This document shows, piece after piece, positions 40,060 through 54,592 of a stretch of DNA of 64,000 bases. The notes below the pieces were generated by a model. The model made no database searches. It was not told the DNA's origin and saw only the letters and a program-made list of their open reading frames with translations. A program made the translations under genes and the position numbers. This stretch comes from Eledone cirrhosa (lineage: Eukaryota). The stretch lies in contig OZ024743.1 of the NCBI GenBank assembly GCA_964016885.1, forward strand, positions 190,650,001 through 190,714,000. The letters run 5' to 3'. The first letter of the stretch is position 1. Every line of letters begins with the position of its first letter.

Positions 40060-41430
40060 TGAGAACTTCTCTATGCATATGATTTGGTCCTTATAGCCGA
40101 ATCAATAAAAGAACTGGAAAATTGGAAAAATTCTGAAGTTAGGAATATCAATTCTGACGCATATTTCTATATTTTCTCTCAGTGGAATTTTCTTTATATT
40201 TATATATTGGATATGCTGTCTGTTAATAATCATCTCTTTTTGTAGTCTATTGGCAATTATTCCGATGTAATTTGTTCTACATCTGCAGCATGTTAAAACA
40301 AACGAGATTACTAGATGAACATGTGAAACACTTTTGAAGCTTAAAAGTTTGTCCATTTACAAACTTAAAAGTTTGAATTTGAATTGAGAACATTCCGGAA
40401 TATATACACATTCCACAATTACGTCTTCCTTGTTTTGTTACTTGTTGATTAGGAATCTTTGCACTTGTGAGCATGTTTTTTTGTTGTTATTTACTCCTTA
40501 TTTCTTGAATATCCAAGATTTTTTTCAATTTTAATCTTTATACAAAATGGGTAGATCCTATGAATATAATTATAGATTTCAATATTTATACAACTGAATG
40601 TTGATTTAAATGGAAATGTGTTTTCTTTTGGTTTATTTTTCATCATCCTTAAATCTTGAATATTTATGTTTTTCAATCTATTGTTCACTAAACTGACAGG
40701 AAATGTTCAAAGGATTAAGATATTTTGTAATTCTATAATCTTTGGTCTCCTATTGTCAGACTGGAAAAATTGTGTATATTTGTATCACTAGGGTAAAAGA
40801 AATATGTGTTCATGTTTATTTAATTTACTGTAGATGTGGATAATAAATATTATTGTGAGTCTGTGGGATTATAATTGATATCGCTTTCAATCTGTCCATC
40901 TACTATCTTTATCAAATCATCTAAACAACAGATTTCTTCCTTGCATAATTCAACTGTGCAAATATTGGTATTTAGTCTGTCAATAATGATTTTAATCACC
41001 TTTAGTTTATTTACTGTTTCATTCCATAAAATTAAAGTCATCAAGAAAATTTACCAATTTTTTTTAAGTATTACTAAAAATTGATGAAAATAATTTAGCC
41101 ACTCTTCATAAATTTTCTTTTCATGGTAATCCAAAGCTAGATTTGTTGCTACTTTGCAAACATGGCTGTTCTTGAAAATTTAATATGTAAGTTCATTGAA
41201 CGTAGAATATATTTTTTGTAGAATAAACCTGAGACGTTTGGTAACAGAACTTTTTATATTCATTCTGATAATTCAAATCAGTAAATATTGAGCCAATATT
41301 GAACAGTGTTTATTCCATAATTATGTACAAATTAACCACATCTAATAAAATATAATTGTTGCGGTTTAATTTGTTTTCTAGTAAAAGATTCTGCATATCT
41401 AGGTTATCGCAAATAAAGCTATGTTCATAT
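40060..41430 (-). mobile_element. Decayed Penelope-like element (Neptune-like Cys linker plus GIY-YIG)
   Basis: ICCLDDLIKIVDGQIESDINYNPTDSQ; RRNCGMC..FTCSSSNL..LTCCRCRTNYIG..RQHI. Confidence 0.75.
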
Positions 41431-41908
41431 TTTAGGAAATATTTCAAAAATTTTGAAAAGAAGGAAGTGTGAACACACACTTTAGTAATCCCTCTGTATA
41501 CACAAGAATTAAGAGATTAACACTGTTTTGCATAAATATTTATAATTTAATTATGTTTTCAAACAAAAAATGTATATCATGCAAATTAGACTGCCTATTT
41601 CAGTTATATTATACACAATTCAGGACATGTATATATACATAGAGCAATGTTATAATACATATTTCTGTATGCTGAAACCTGAACTATTCAGTTAGTTGTC
41701 TGTTAATAAGAAGACATTAGTGTCTGAAACTCATAAAGATAAACTGTTATGTTTTTCTGTACAAGGAGGGAATAATGGGAAGTCCTTCTTTACACAATAG
41801 GATTTTTCTTAAATTTAATGTACATTATTATTGCATAGATATTTGGGATTTGATATATATATAAATATATATATAGATATATATGTATATATATATATAT
41901 ATATATGC

Positions 41909-42672
41909 ACAAAATGATAAGAAATGAAAGGAGCTGTGTGGTTACTAAAAACAAGTTTTAGGATGGTGGTTTGGACAGAACAAGAGGAGAAAAGAAGAAA
42001 GAATGCTTCGTCAGCTGTAATGCACGATCCAGATGTTTCGGCGCTTATTTACAGGACATCTGTAGCGATCCGCGGTATGCCTGAGGCCTTTTCTTAATCA
42101 AAAGGCCAGGAGGAAAAGAAGAGAAAAGGGAAGGAAATAGAAGGAAAAGAGGAACAAGAACAAAGGGGGGAAGGTGGTGAGGAGAGACGAAGAAAGAGAA
42201 AAAAGAGAAAAAGGAGCAAAAAGCAGGTGAACAGATCCCATTGTGGGGCGACACAGGACAAAGGAACATGCAAGTGAGTAACCAGGAAAAAATAGGATCA
42301 ATAAGTTATAGCAAACCTGGTAGGATGCGCTAACAAGAGGATGGTGTTAGTGTGTCGACTCCATTGTAGAAGAGAGAGGGACAATGGAAAGGGAGATAAT
42401 CCAAAACGTGTCATAAAAGATCGCAAACAGAGGAGTTTTGCGACATGTGTAAACATGTCAACAATCAAAACCGAATGGATGGATAGAGCGAGGGAGAGAG
42501 AGGAGGAGAAGTGAAGAGAGAAGGGGAGAGTCAATGCGAAAGGTAGAGGAGGGTCAAAGCGGTAAATACAAAATGATAAGAAACGAAAGAAGCTGTATGG
42601 TTACTAAAAACAAGGTTTAGGATGGTGATATGGACGGAACAAGAGGAGAAAAGAAGAAAGAATCCTTCGTCA
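41909..42672 (-). mobile_element. Non-coding element with 105-bp terminal direct repeats (41909-42013 and 42568-42672)
   Basis: acaaaatgataagaaa..cttcgtca repeated 659 bp apart; (TA)n-type flanks; strand inferred from an HHR-like half motif. Confidence 0.7.
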
Positions 42673-45475
42673 TCTATCTATATATATATACTGGTATCTA
42701 CCTGTTTATGGTAGTGCCAACACCATTGTTAGAACTCCATGCAATCTTGAAGAGATAATTCTAAGGAAGACATTGAGATAGATCTGGAATATCACAACTA
42801 GTAATAAGCAATGGCATAAACAATATCAATTTGTTAATATATTTATTTATCATGATCGATCAACCCTCTGAAGTGATCATAAAGAAAGGAACTAATTAAG
42901 AACCTATCCTTGCTTTTTGTTGTTATTTTATTGTTTAAAACATGTATTCAGATATGTTTAAAACATGTATATATATATATACATGTTTATATATATATAT
43001 ATTCATGAGTGATTAATAATAATATTATATATATATATTCATGAGTGATTAATAATAATATTATAAGAATATAATATTGATATTCGGTTTGTTTATAATA
43101 TTATTATGTTATTATTATCATTCACTCCTGAATACATTTCGGTATCCACCATGTTTAGGAGCGAAAACAAATTCTGTTTATATTTATATATATATGTGTG
43201 TGTTTATAATATGATATATAAGATGACTATCTCTTCAACGAATTCCCTGCTATTATGAACCACCACCAACTGCAGGCTGATGGCCAGTTGAATGACTAAA
43301 CAGGCTTTGTTTAGGTTGCCTTTTCTAAACTCTTTGTATGTAGTATGGTTGAGCAGTGCATCCCAAAAAGGGGCTGCTCAGAAGCTCAAGAGTCCACCAA
43401 AGCATGTTGCTGTTCAGGGGAGTTAGGAAAAGAGTCAAGCCACCCACGTGAAGATTTGGGTCTATGTGCTTCTAACCAATGTAGCCTGCAAATGTCATTC
43501 CTCTACCACTATGGTACTTTTGAAGAAATACCTGCACATAAAGATGGCAATGCTACGTGCTTCTGCTACACATATAGCACCCACTCCATCTGCACAGCTA
43601 TGTGTCCATTGGCAAGACAAGGCAAGATAACAAGAGAGTTACAAGGATTGCATATGTTATTGTCATGGAGTTAACCACACTAGAAGTTGTAGTCATACTC
43701 ACCACGCTTGTTCAATTGCAGGCTGGTAAGACCATTTATCCTATAGTTGGAGTGCATGGCTGTTGACATTGTGGAGTTCATCTTCCCTTTGATAGCTCTT
43801 GTTTTGTGCTGCTGGGTTTCCATTTACCCTCCTCATCAGACCAGTGCCTGGTGGGGGATCTGGCTTAGATGCCGACCACCCGACTAAGAAACATGTTGTA
43901 CTGGGTTACATGATCCAAGTAGCAGACAGAATATATTTATATATATATATATATATATGCATATACATATATATATACATGATAAATGACTAGTGTCCAA
44001 CAGGTCAAGAGACTTTTCCTACTATATGATGTGTTAAACTAATATATATATTAATTTTATTGTATTATTTTCTTTGTCGTTTTGCATTTTCTTTTTGCAT
44101 ATATTTATATATATATATGTGTGTGTGTGTGATATTTTGTGAGGAATTTAAATGAATTCCTCTGTCTCAAAATGTTAGATAATATTACATAATTACCAGA
44201 TATCTTCCTCATGCAGTATTAGGTTTGACTGTTTTTGATGAAACTGTAATGAGATGATTCAATGGATGCATTAACTATAATGGCAAGATAAAAGTTGGAT
44301 TTTGTTGGGAAAGAGATATCAATGTTTGTAATGTTAGTGCACTTTACAGAAATTCGGATAAGTATGGAAAAGAACCAATGTAAAGTTTACAATGGCAAAT
44401 AATTTAGCATCAGTACAAGGAACAACCAAATCCAATAAGTGTGGGAGGTATGTGCAAGTTAAGATATATTGTGTGCAGTGGTAACACTGAGATTGATGAA
44501 TTCAGAAAAAGGGCTATTATATAGTTATCTTCAATAGAAGATAAGAAAATAACCTTTGGAGATTGTAAGGCTTCAGAGAGCAGGAGAGACTTAAAGGAAT
44601 GAAAAATGGTGATTTAATGTTGAACCAAAAGTAAATGGAAATACTAATAGCTGAAATCTATATGAAAAAGGTGGGAAGGATGGATTCTACATATATGTAT
44701 AAACCATCATTGAAATCAAAGGCGGAAATTTTCTGGGAGCTGTGCAGTTGGTTGTTTTCTTTAATTATTTAGTAGCGGGGAGGAATGGAGATACCCATTA
44801 CCCTTTAGCAGGCCCATGGAAATATGAGCGCGTAAGTTATTTTGGCCAGAGATCTGGTTGAAATGCTTGCAACAGAGTGGAATTTATATATTGTTAAACT
44901 GGTGTATGTATATTTTTCAAATATAAATGAATAATATTAGTATAATTTGAAATCAGCACATTAAGGTATTAAACTAAATGGTATAAAGTATTTAATCCAG
45001 AACTGTACTAGTTCTGCCAATCTCCTGCCTTTCTGCTTCTAGGAAAGAATTGAATAAATCCCCAAAACACACCTAGTTCTTGCTTCTTCATGATAAATAA
45101 TGAAGATTAATGCTTGAAATGCAAAAGACTTATTCAATGCACTTGCAGTATTCTTAAAGTATGTCAGAATTTGAAAACAGGATATTTCTTCAGACACCCA
45201 GTGCAACAGATTTGGATAAATATTAGAGAAAATAATTAGAATATCTAAGAGGAAAGCAATATTTCAAACAGTTGCAGTTTAACACTACTACTACAATAAC
45301 AATCCACCACTAATACTTCAACAAAAGAATCAATACCACCATCACTACCATGAACATTTTCTAGTTTCCTGGCACCAATCCTATTACATTGATAACTGCA
45401 AACATTAGAAGAATTCCAGTTATCAGATTTGTTTGTAACTTTTTCCCTCCCAGCAAACCATGACAATAATTTAAA

Positions 45476-45553
<78 letters not shown>

Positions 45554-45714
45554 CATTATTTATGCTAGAACACAGCATATATTAGAAAATTAAAGGTAAA
45601 TTTAATATAGATATAACTTTAGTTTTTCAATAAGAAGTTATTGTATTTACAAAAATGAAGTGCAAACACTTTTGAGAATTTCTCAACCTGTACACAGAAA
45701 ACATAAAAAATTAC

Positions 45715-46112
45715 AGTTAAGCATTTCAGAGAATTTTTCTAGGAATCAAAGAAGACAATAACTGATCTGAAGGAAGAGTGGTGAAGATCATGGAATGAAT
45801 CCAAATTTACCAGCCAAGACCTCGTCCAGGAACCCACATCAATACCAACCGGCTTTGACCTTCCTATAAATCAATGTATGTCCCTTAATCGAATCTGCAC
45901 CACACATGCCAGGATAGCCCATTATCTTCATCGATGGAAAGTGAAAGAGCCCAGCATGTGACTGTGGGGACCCTGGCCAGATACTGCTGCATGTTGTTTG
46001 GGATTGCTCCACAGACGATTTCCAGGCAGCTTGGAGGCAATCTATAATACTACAAATTATGCTTTAGTCTGTCTCTCTAACTATTGTGCATATGTCATAC
46101 AACAAGAAGAAG
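45715..46112 (+). mobile_element. Vingi/Ingi-type LINE 3' fragment
   Basis: GFDLP..LNRICTTHARIAHYLHRWK..CDCG..Q..HVV..RRFPG; tail catacaacaagaagaaga. Confidence 0.65.
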
Positions 46113-46611
46113 ACTACACCAATTATTATGTATACAGAGAAATATTACTATTGCAAAACTATATATGTCAATCAGTATGTAGAATATACCTTAAACATTG
46201 TCACATGTAGTTTTCCATATACAAAGAAATAAATGAATGATTTTAAACTACATTTTTTTTCCCAGAGATAGCTTTGAATGAAGAAGTATAGTTATATTTA
46301 CATAAAATGTGACCTAGATCTTCTAATATACGCCATGTTCTAGCAAAAATATTTATTATATAATTAATCCTATTACCAAAACTAATGCAAAATTAGAAGG
46401 ATCGGCGATCATCTTGGATGATTTATATAACAGTTTCATTTTAATCTTCCTTCAAATAGAGAATCACTCGGTTTCAAAATAACGTAGACACAAAATAAAT
46501 ATTATACTTACATTTTCACTAAGTTTTTACAAGGCAAAACTCATCAACAATTACCGTTGAGTAACATCGGCAAATGTTGTTATAGTGCTACTGCCAATTA
46601 AATACCCACAT

Positions 46612-46642
<31 letters not shown>

Positions 46643-46694
46643 ACCAAATAGCCATTGAAACGGCTTGAACTTTGCCGTCGGGGTCATACTTTTT

Positions 46695-46743
<49 letters not shown>

Positions 46744-47139
46744 TGTATATATATATATATATAAAATTGGCAGTAGCACAAGACAGCATTTAAGCATAAT
46801 AGACGTGTATAATTTTACATGTTGATCACTTGCTGGGGATGCTCATTATGGGCATTTACATAGTGTGCAAGCTTGGTTGGTTATATTTAATTTATGGTAG
46901 CACTAAGACAGCGTTTAAGCATATCAGCATATGATTCTGTTAATGTGTCACTTGTAATAATAATAATCAATTTCTATGCTCTTGAATAAATGTTGCTGCC
47001 AATATCATAAAGATATTTTCAAAGACACATGGATATGTACACACATACACACATGCTCACACATACGTAGACACTACTGCCTCTATTAACAATAAAAGTT
47101 TTCTCTCTACAAATGAAATACCAGCTGTATAATGCTTAC

Positions 47140-47580
47140 ATATGAAATGCAATGTTCAATGGAAGTGAAACATGAGCAGAAAATTCAGAGAATGTATGGA
47201 GGATGAAGAGAATTGAAGTAAGTATGCTTTGATGGATGCGTAATGTTAATATGCATGACAGCAAAGCATAAATAAGCTGAGAAAAAAGCTGGGTAAAACT
47301 TGAATCAAATGTAGACTAAAAGAGAAGACTGTCCTTGTATGGACATATGAAGGGTATGGGTCATGATTGATGGGTGAAGAAGTGTCATTGAGTACTTATT
47401 TGTAGATAGTTGCAGTAGAGAAAGACCTATAAAGACCTAGGTAAAAGTGTTGAGAATGGATCTCAAAATGTTGAACCCAAAGAGAGGAGATAATAAAGCA
47501 ACATTGTAGCTAGAGGGATGCATGCAAGCATAGAAAAGTGGATGAAAATGGATGATGAATTTGATGATGATGATGGCATT
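47140..47580 (+). mobile_element. Decayed RTE 3' fragment
   Basis: ggaagtgaaacatg (GSETW-like), gatggatgcgtaat, tatggacat, gcatgcaagcatagaaaagtgga and (GAT)n. Confidence 0.75.
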
Positions 47581-48734
47581 GACAGAAAAACAGACGGATG
47601 GTCATAAGTTGTGATCGGCCACACACTTGGCATACAAAATTATTCTTTGCATTTGTGATAGATACTAACTGCAACATTAATGCCACCTGTATCATTCAAC
47701 ATCTTATTGATATCAATCTTGAATTCTCCAAGCAGATATTTTCTATAAACATACCTGGACATGACAACACCAACAATATTGGAGAACTGAAGAAAATTAA
47801 AGTTGAAAAGGTTAAAAAGTAACAATGAATTCATGAATGTTTGATAGAAGAAAATACAGGATAGGAAAACACCAGAAAGATGTTGACTACTAATACAAAA
47901 AAAAAATTTACTTTTCGTGGGGATATCTTATTGCTAGTAAGCTCTCAGTAACAATAGAAATATATCAAACTAGCTGGCAGTGGGAGAAACAAGTCTGATT
48001 CCATAAAAGCAAATGATTGGTTCTCTTATTTTGAAAAGGTACAACCAAAATTTCATATATAAATGCACGCAATTTCTCTGAACCTATTCCACTGGAATCA
48101 TAGTGAAAGTAGCGATTACATCACAGCAAAGTAAGCTGCTCAGAAGAATAGTCTGATGTGAGAGGAGCAGTGGTATAGGAGGAGCTTTGCACCAATCTAG
48201 CTGATTTACAATAATGTATTCAATTCTGTTGACCATTTGTGGTAGCTAGAGGCACTTCAAATTGCTAAAATTCCAGAAACCATAATAAGACCCATATACA
48301 GCTTCGTTTCATTCTGGACAACCATTCTAAAGTTAAAATAAAGAATTTATGTTGCTGTGGCTAGGATAGTTTCCCCTAGATATGTTTCCGAAGGATAATG
48401 TCTATGAGGCTGTTTTCACTTTTAGTGAGCCCCTTGTTATTTTTGTTCAATAAAATTTAGTGTCCATAAGTAGTTCACAGGGAGATAGAAGCTCCAACTT
48501 AACAAAATCTTGTTCAAAGATGGAAAGTATATACTAAAAATATGAACAGTATGAAGAAGGTCTTTGGCTTCCTTATGACAATCTCAGGGGAAGTACTGAA
48601 GATCAGATATTCCTAGTTAATTCTAATATAAAGAAGAACTAATGTCCTAGCAACATCTCTATCAATTATCTAATGCTCTTTAACAAAATGTAGAAGCATC
48701 AAAATCAAGTAATGAAGACAAACATTTCTCGCCT

Positions 48735-49200
48735 ATGATGATGATGATGATGATCATCATCATCATCATCATCATCATCATCGTTGCCACTGTTTATCAT
48801 ATCTTTTCAATGCTTGCATGGGATAGAGGGGCTGTCATATTATGAGGCTGCACAAATCAGACGATATCATGTTCATACATTCTGTTTTTAGATTGGTTAA
48901 CTATGGCTGGATGGTCTTTTTAAAACCAACCACTTAACAGTGTGTACTAGGATGTTCTTTTTTATGGTTCCAGTAGCATGCCCTTACAAGACAGACTGGG
49001 TGATTTTTGGTGTTGCACCAGTACAACTACCTTACAGTGTGGACTGAGTATTTTTTTGTAATATCACGAGTACTACCATCTTAAAAGATGAGTTGGGGGA
49101 TTTTTGTCTTGACATCAACACTACCACTTTACAGGGTGGACTGTGTGCTTTTGTTGTGGCAGCAGTATAGACTGGATGCTTTTCATTGTCGAACCAGTAC
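48735..49200 (-). mobile_element. RTE-related 3' segment without ORF (decayed)
   Basis: (CAT)n, tgcttgcatggg, gctggatg..accaaccac and acagtgtggac repeats as in 1575-1990. Confidence 0.65.
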
Positions 49201-50075
49201 TACCAATAACCTTGAATTTAAACTTTCTTTCAACATTGAGGAATCTTCAGGTAAACAGTGTATCCCACCAAAAATGTTAACCTATGCATGAGAGATGCTC
49301 CTCTTACATTTCTGATAGGGCAGTAACATTGCATAAATACTGACTCAGACCATAACAATTCATCTAATCTGTGCCAGCAGGGAAAGTGAACACAAAATGA
49401 TGTTGATGATGATGATGTTGACTTGAATATGAAACATGTATTGACTATGATTATACCTACTTAATCATACTTTTATAGACGCTCTTAAATACCGTCGCCG
49501 ATTCTTTTTCCTTTATGAACTACTATTATGATGTATCTCCATCTAATCTACACAGCCAACAACATATTTGGTCATTTATATATTTATTTTTTAGATGACA
49601 GTATGTTTTTGCTTGAGTATCTGCTCTGATAATTCAGAAATTATTGAAGCATTAATTCTGGAAACTAGAATTTCTATTAATGATTGCTAAACAATATAAT
49701 TTTTTTTTTCTCATTTTCCGATACTTTCTATTTAACAAGTTATTTTGATATGTACTTTGCAAGCTATGATTATACAAAAAATAAAATGAGATACATGAAA
49801 AACCAAATATTATAGAAATATAATTTATATGAAAATTGTAATTGTACAAAGCAAAAAGCAAAATACTATAGAAATATGTTCAAAATATGTTGCATCACAA
49901 CACAATTTCTTTCAGATTTCAATGAATAGAATAATTACAAGTACAAAATAAATCTAAATATTTACCACATATATGAAGAAAAATTCTATTCTTTTTTTTG
50001 TTTGTTGATCTTTGGTTAATATTGAAAGAAATTGTGGTTGTTAGATGGTTGAATCTGTAGGGTGCCAGAAATTTA

Positions 50076-50925
<850 letters not shown>

Positions 50926-50934
50926 TATATATCC

Positions 50935-53580
50935 GGAATGACAGAGGACGGAGACATCGTTATGCTAGAAGGGGACTTCAATGGTCATGTTTGACAGCTA
51001 CAGGATGGTTACACTGGGGTACATGGTGGGCCCGGTTATGGCTCAAGAAATGAAGGAGTGAGACTTTTTGAATTTTGTGATGCAAGTACACTGATTATTT
51101 GCAACACTAACTTCCAGAAACCTGCCAACCACCTAATAACCTACAAATCTAGCGAGCGCATCAGCCAGATCGACTTCTTACTAGTTAGGCATCGGGACAG
51201 GCAGATAGTGTCTAATACCAAGGTATACACTGGGGAAGAATGTACCCCACAGCATAGGTTAGTCGTTAGTGATATCTCAGTAAACAAGAGATGGAATGAG
51301 ACATACAGGAAGGTGTGGAGAAGAAAGGTCTGGAAGCTAAAAGACCTTTCACTAAAATACAAATTTAGGAAAGCCCTTCAAGATGTGTATGACGAAAAAG
51401 AAGACGATTTAGAGACGTATGACATAGATAATAACTGGAATTTCTTACGTGACAACTTACTGCAGGCTACTGATGAAACTTGTGGCTGGAGCAGAGCTCC
51501 AACCAGACAGAGAGTGACCTGGTGGTGGAACAGCACAGTAGATAAGGCCATTAGAGACAAAATACTAGCATGGAAGGCTTGGAAAAAGGGTGGGAGTAGA
51601 GAATGATATACAGCCACTAAGAGAGAAGCTAGACGTCAGGTGTACTTAGCACGTAGAGAGGCTGAGAGTAGAAGGTTTGCCAATGTTCTGCGACGGGAAG
51701 ATCAGAGGCGTGCGGTGTTCCACATTGCAAGGCAGTGTGTCAATGCAAATCAAGATGTTGTTGGAGATAAATGTGTCCGGAATGATGCCGGTGTACTTAG
51801 TGTCACGAATGATCAGAAAATGGAGGCCTGGAAATGTCATTATGAGAGACTGATGAATGTGGAGAACGAATGTGAGAGAGAGAAATTACCCTCAGTAGAT
51901 CCAACAGAGGGACCAGCTATTGAGATTTACGAATATAGGGTCCAAGAGGCGATTAAGGAAATGAAAAATGGTAAGGCTGCTGGACCATCGGGGATAGTTG
52001 CTGAGATGCTGAATGCATCAGGGGACGTAGGCACTAAACTGGTTGCACGCATCATCAATCAGGCTATATATGGTGGTGTCATACCCAAAGACTGGTGAAG
52101 CAGTATTCTCATAAATTGCTACAAAGGTAAAGGGGATGCTCTGGAGAGGAACAATTATAGGGGTATCAAACTGATGGATCAGGTTATGAAAGTGGCAGAA
52201 AGGATTTTAGCACAACTAATTAGAGAAAGGGTCAGACTAGATGAGATGCAGTTTGGTTTTGTGCCTGGGAAGAGTACAACAGATGCCCTCTTCTTGGTGA
52301 GACAATTACAAGAGAGGTTCTTAGAGAAAAATAAGCCACTATACTTAGCCTTTGTTGACCTAGAGAAGGCCTTTGATAGGGTACCCCAATCTGTCATCTG
52401 GTGGTCCCTAAGGAAACTAGGTGTTGAGGAATGGCTTGTGAGGACAGCGCAAACTTTGTACAGAGGTACTGTTAGTAAAGTCAGGGTAGGAATGGAGTTT
52501 AGTGAGGAATTCCAGATTCAAGTAGGAGTACATCAAGGTTCGGTCCTCAGGCTGCTCTTGTTCATTATAGTCCTCCAAGCGATAACATGGGAACTTCTCT
52601 ATGCTGACGATCTAGTTCTTATAGCAGAATCAGTAGAGGAGCTAGAGAATAAATTCTGGCTATGGAAACAGCAGCTGGAAACTAGAGGACTGAGAGTGAA
52701 CCTAGCTAACACAAAAGTGTTGATGAGTAGAAAAGAGGACAAAACCCTGATTCTGTCAGGGAAATGGCCATGTTCGATATGCAGAAAAGGAACTGGCATA
52801 AATTCTATAAAATGCACACAATGCAGATCCTGGGTACACAAGAGATGTAGCGGGATAGCAGGCAAACTAACAGGTAGGGAGAAATACGTATGCAGTAGAT
52901 GTACAGGGAAATTAGACAGTAGAAGTCGCATTGATAGACACATTTTTCAAATGCAGGCGGGTGCTATAAAAGTGGTGGATAGCTTTCGGTACCTAGGAGA
53001 TCAGATTAGCATGGGAGGGGGTGTTCCGAGGCCATAGTATTTAGAATAAGGACGGGCTGGACGAAGTGTAGGGAGCTGCTTCCTCTGCTGACGAAGAAAA
53101 GAAGGGTCTCTCCCTGCGTACGAAAGGCCGGTAGTATGATGCCTGTGAGAGGAGCGCGATGCTGCATGGAGTGAGACATGGGCAGCAACTGCAGAGAAAT
53201 GAAGCAAGTATGCTCCGTTGGATCTGCAATGTCAATGTGCGTGAACGACCCAGCATGAATGTGTTAAAAGAGAAACTGTGTCTGAGAGGGAGATAATGTA
53301 GTGTGCGAGAGAGGAGACTGAGGTGGTATGGGCATGTGATGCGCATGGAGGATGACCGATGGGTGAAGAAGTGCCAGAAAATGCCAGTTGAAGGAAGACG
53401 TGGTAGATGTAAACCACGAAAAACTTGGGCGGAGATGGTGAGAATAGTCCTCAGATCGCTGAAGCTCACGGTGGAGATGACGAAGGACCGTGACAAGTGG
53501 AGAGATGCTCTGCTGAATAAGACCCTTGCAAGCAGGGAAAAGTGGACGTAAAAGGATGATGATGATGATGATGATGATGA
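50935..53580 (+). mobile_element. 5'-truncated RTE LINE (partial APE endonuclease plus RT), multiple stops
   Basis: GDFNGHV, SQIDFLL, QHRLVV (APE); NYRGIKL, FVDLEKAFD, LLYADD, PHD insert, RLRWYGHV; (GAT)n tail. Confidence 0.93.
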
Positions 53581-53591
53581 TATATATATAT

Positions 53592-53810
53592 ATAGTAATA
53601 ATAATGAATTTGAAGACTAAAATCCAAAGAAGGCTCGATAAGGATAAATATATATCAAATATATAAGAACCGTAGAGCAAATATTATATAATAAAGAATC
53701 GCTACTTTTACCCTTTCATAGAGTTACGCCCCTTTACAGTCTGAGTTTCAGAACATCCCGTTAAGGGTGACAGCAGCGATTCTTTGCTTAAACTTTAATC
53801 TGTTATTTTA

Positions 53811-53816
<6 letters not shown>
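53592..53816. mobile_element. Minimal inverted pair of Hydra-type PLE ends joined by a SINE-derived filler
   Basis: 53592-53715 is the PLE end on -, ~53716-53747 is a SINE piece, 53744-53816 is the PLE end on + with a mutated HHR (CAGAACA, GACA). Confidence 0.8.
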
Positions 53817-53850
<34 letters not shown>

Positions 53851-53925
53851 TTAATATAGATGAGATTCTACAGGACTTGAGTACCTTACTTACTGTGGTT
53901 ACCTCCGATTCAACCCGGAATAACG

Positions 53926-53958
<33 letters not shown>

Positions 53959-54004
53959 CGTAAAATAAGAAAATTATAAAATTAACTTACTTACTAAAAT
54001 ATCA

Positions 54005-54084
54005 CTTCCAACTAATTAGTTTCTGGTATGGAGTAAATATATTTTCCGAAGAAGACACAGAGAAACATTCCGTCGTCAGGGAAG
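54005..54084 (-). ncRNA. Type I hammerhead ribozyme
   Basis: cttcc-CTGACGA-cggaatg..catacca-GAAA-ctaattag-TT-ggaag; one stem II mismatch. Confidence 0.82.
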
Positions 54085-54512
54085 ACTATTCTCATCTAAG
54101 TATCCAGGCAAAGCGTGGACTCTGGAAACTTATTAAAAAATAATTCAGTGGATAGGAAATAGCAAAGCGTGGACTGAATTCCTAGCCATTGAGAAAATCA
54201 CTGCCTCTGCGTCACTGGCAAATTCAAAAAGAATCAATCACGTGACATCGAGGTCAATCAGTGTAAAGTGGTTTGCTAATAAGACAGCGGCCTGTCTGCT
54301 ACCATAGCAGCAGTCATGGCCAATATTGCTCGACAAATAATTTGGAGATAATTATAAAGAATTAATATCTAGTAACATATATATACATACAGATGCATAT
54401 CAATGCTAGCAAATATATAGGTTTTGTCTTAGTAACTTTGTGGTTGCAGAACAATAATATGAGAGACGTAAAATAAGAAAATTATAAAATTAACTTACTT
54501 ACTAAAATATCA

Positions 54513-54592
54513 CTTCCAACTAATTAGTTTCTGGAATGGAGTAAATATATTTTCCGAAGACGACACAAAGAAACATTCCGTCGTCAGGGAAG
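54513..54592 (-). ncRNA. Type I hammerhead ribozyme
   Basis: cttcc-CTGACGA-c ggaatg..cattcc a-GAAA-ctaattag-TT-ggaag; palindromic stem III. Confidence 0.87.

Noticed and set aside
43215-43900. LINE-like remnant with CTGATGA..GAAA and a possible HDV-like pseudoknot near 43820-43885 (-)
   Set aside because: No HHR stem II, HDV helices could not be assigned by eye, and the family is unidentified.
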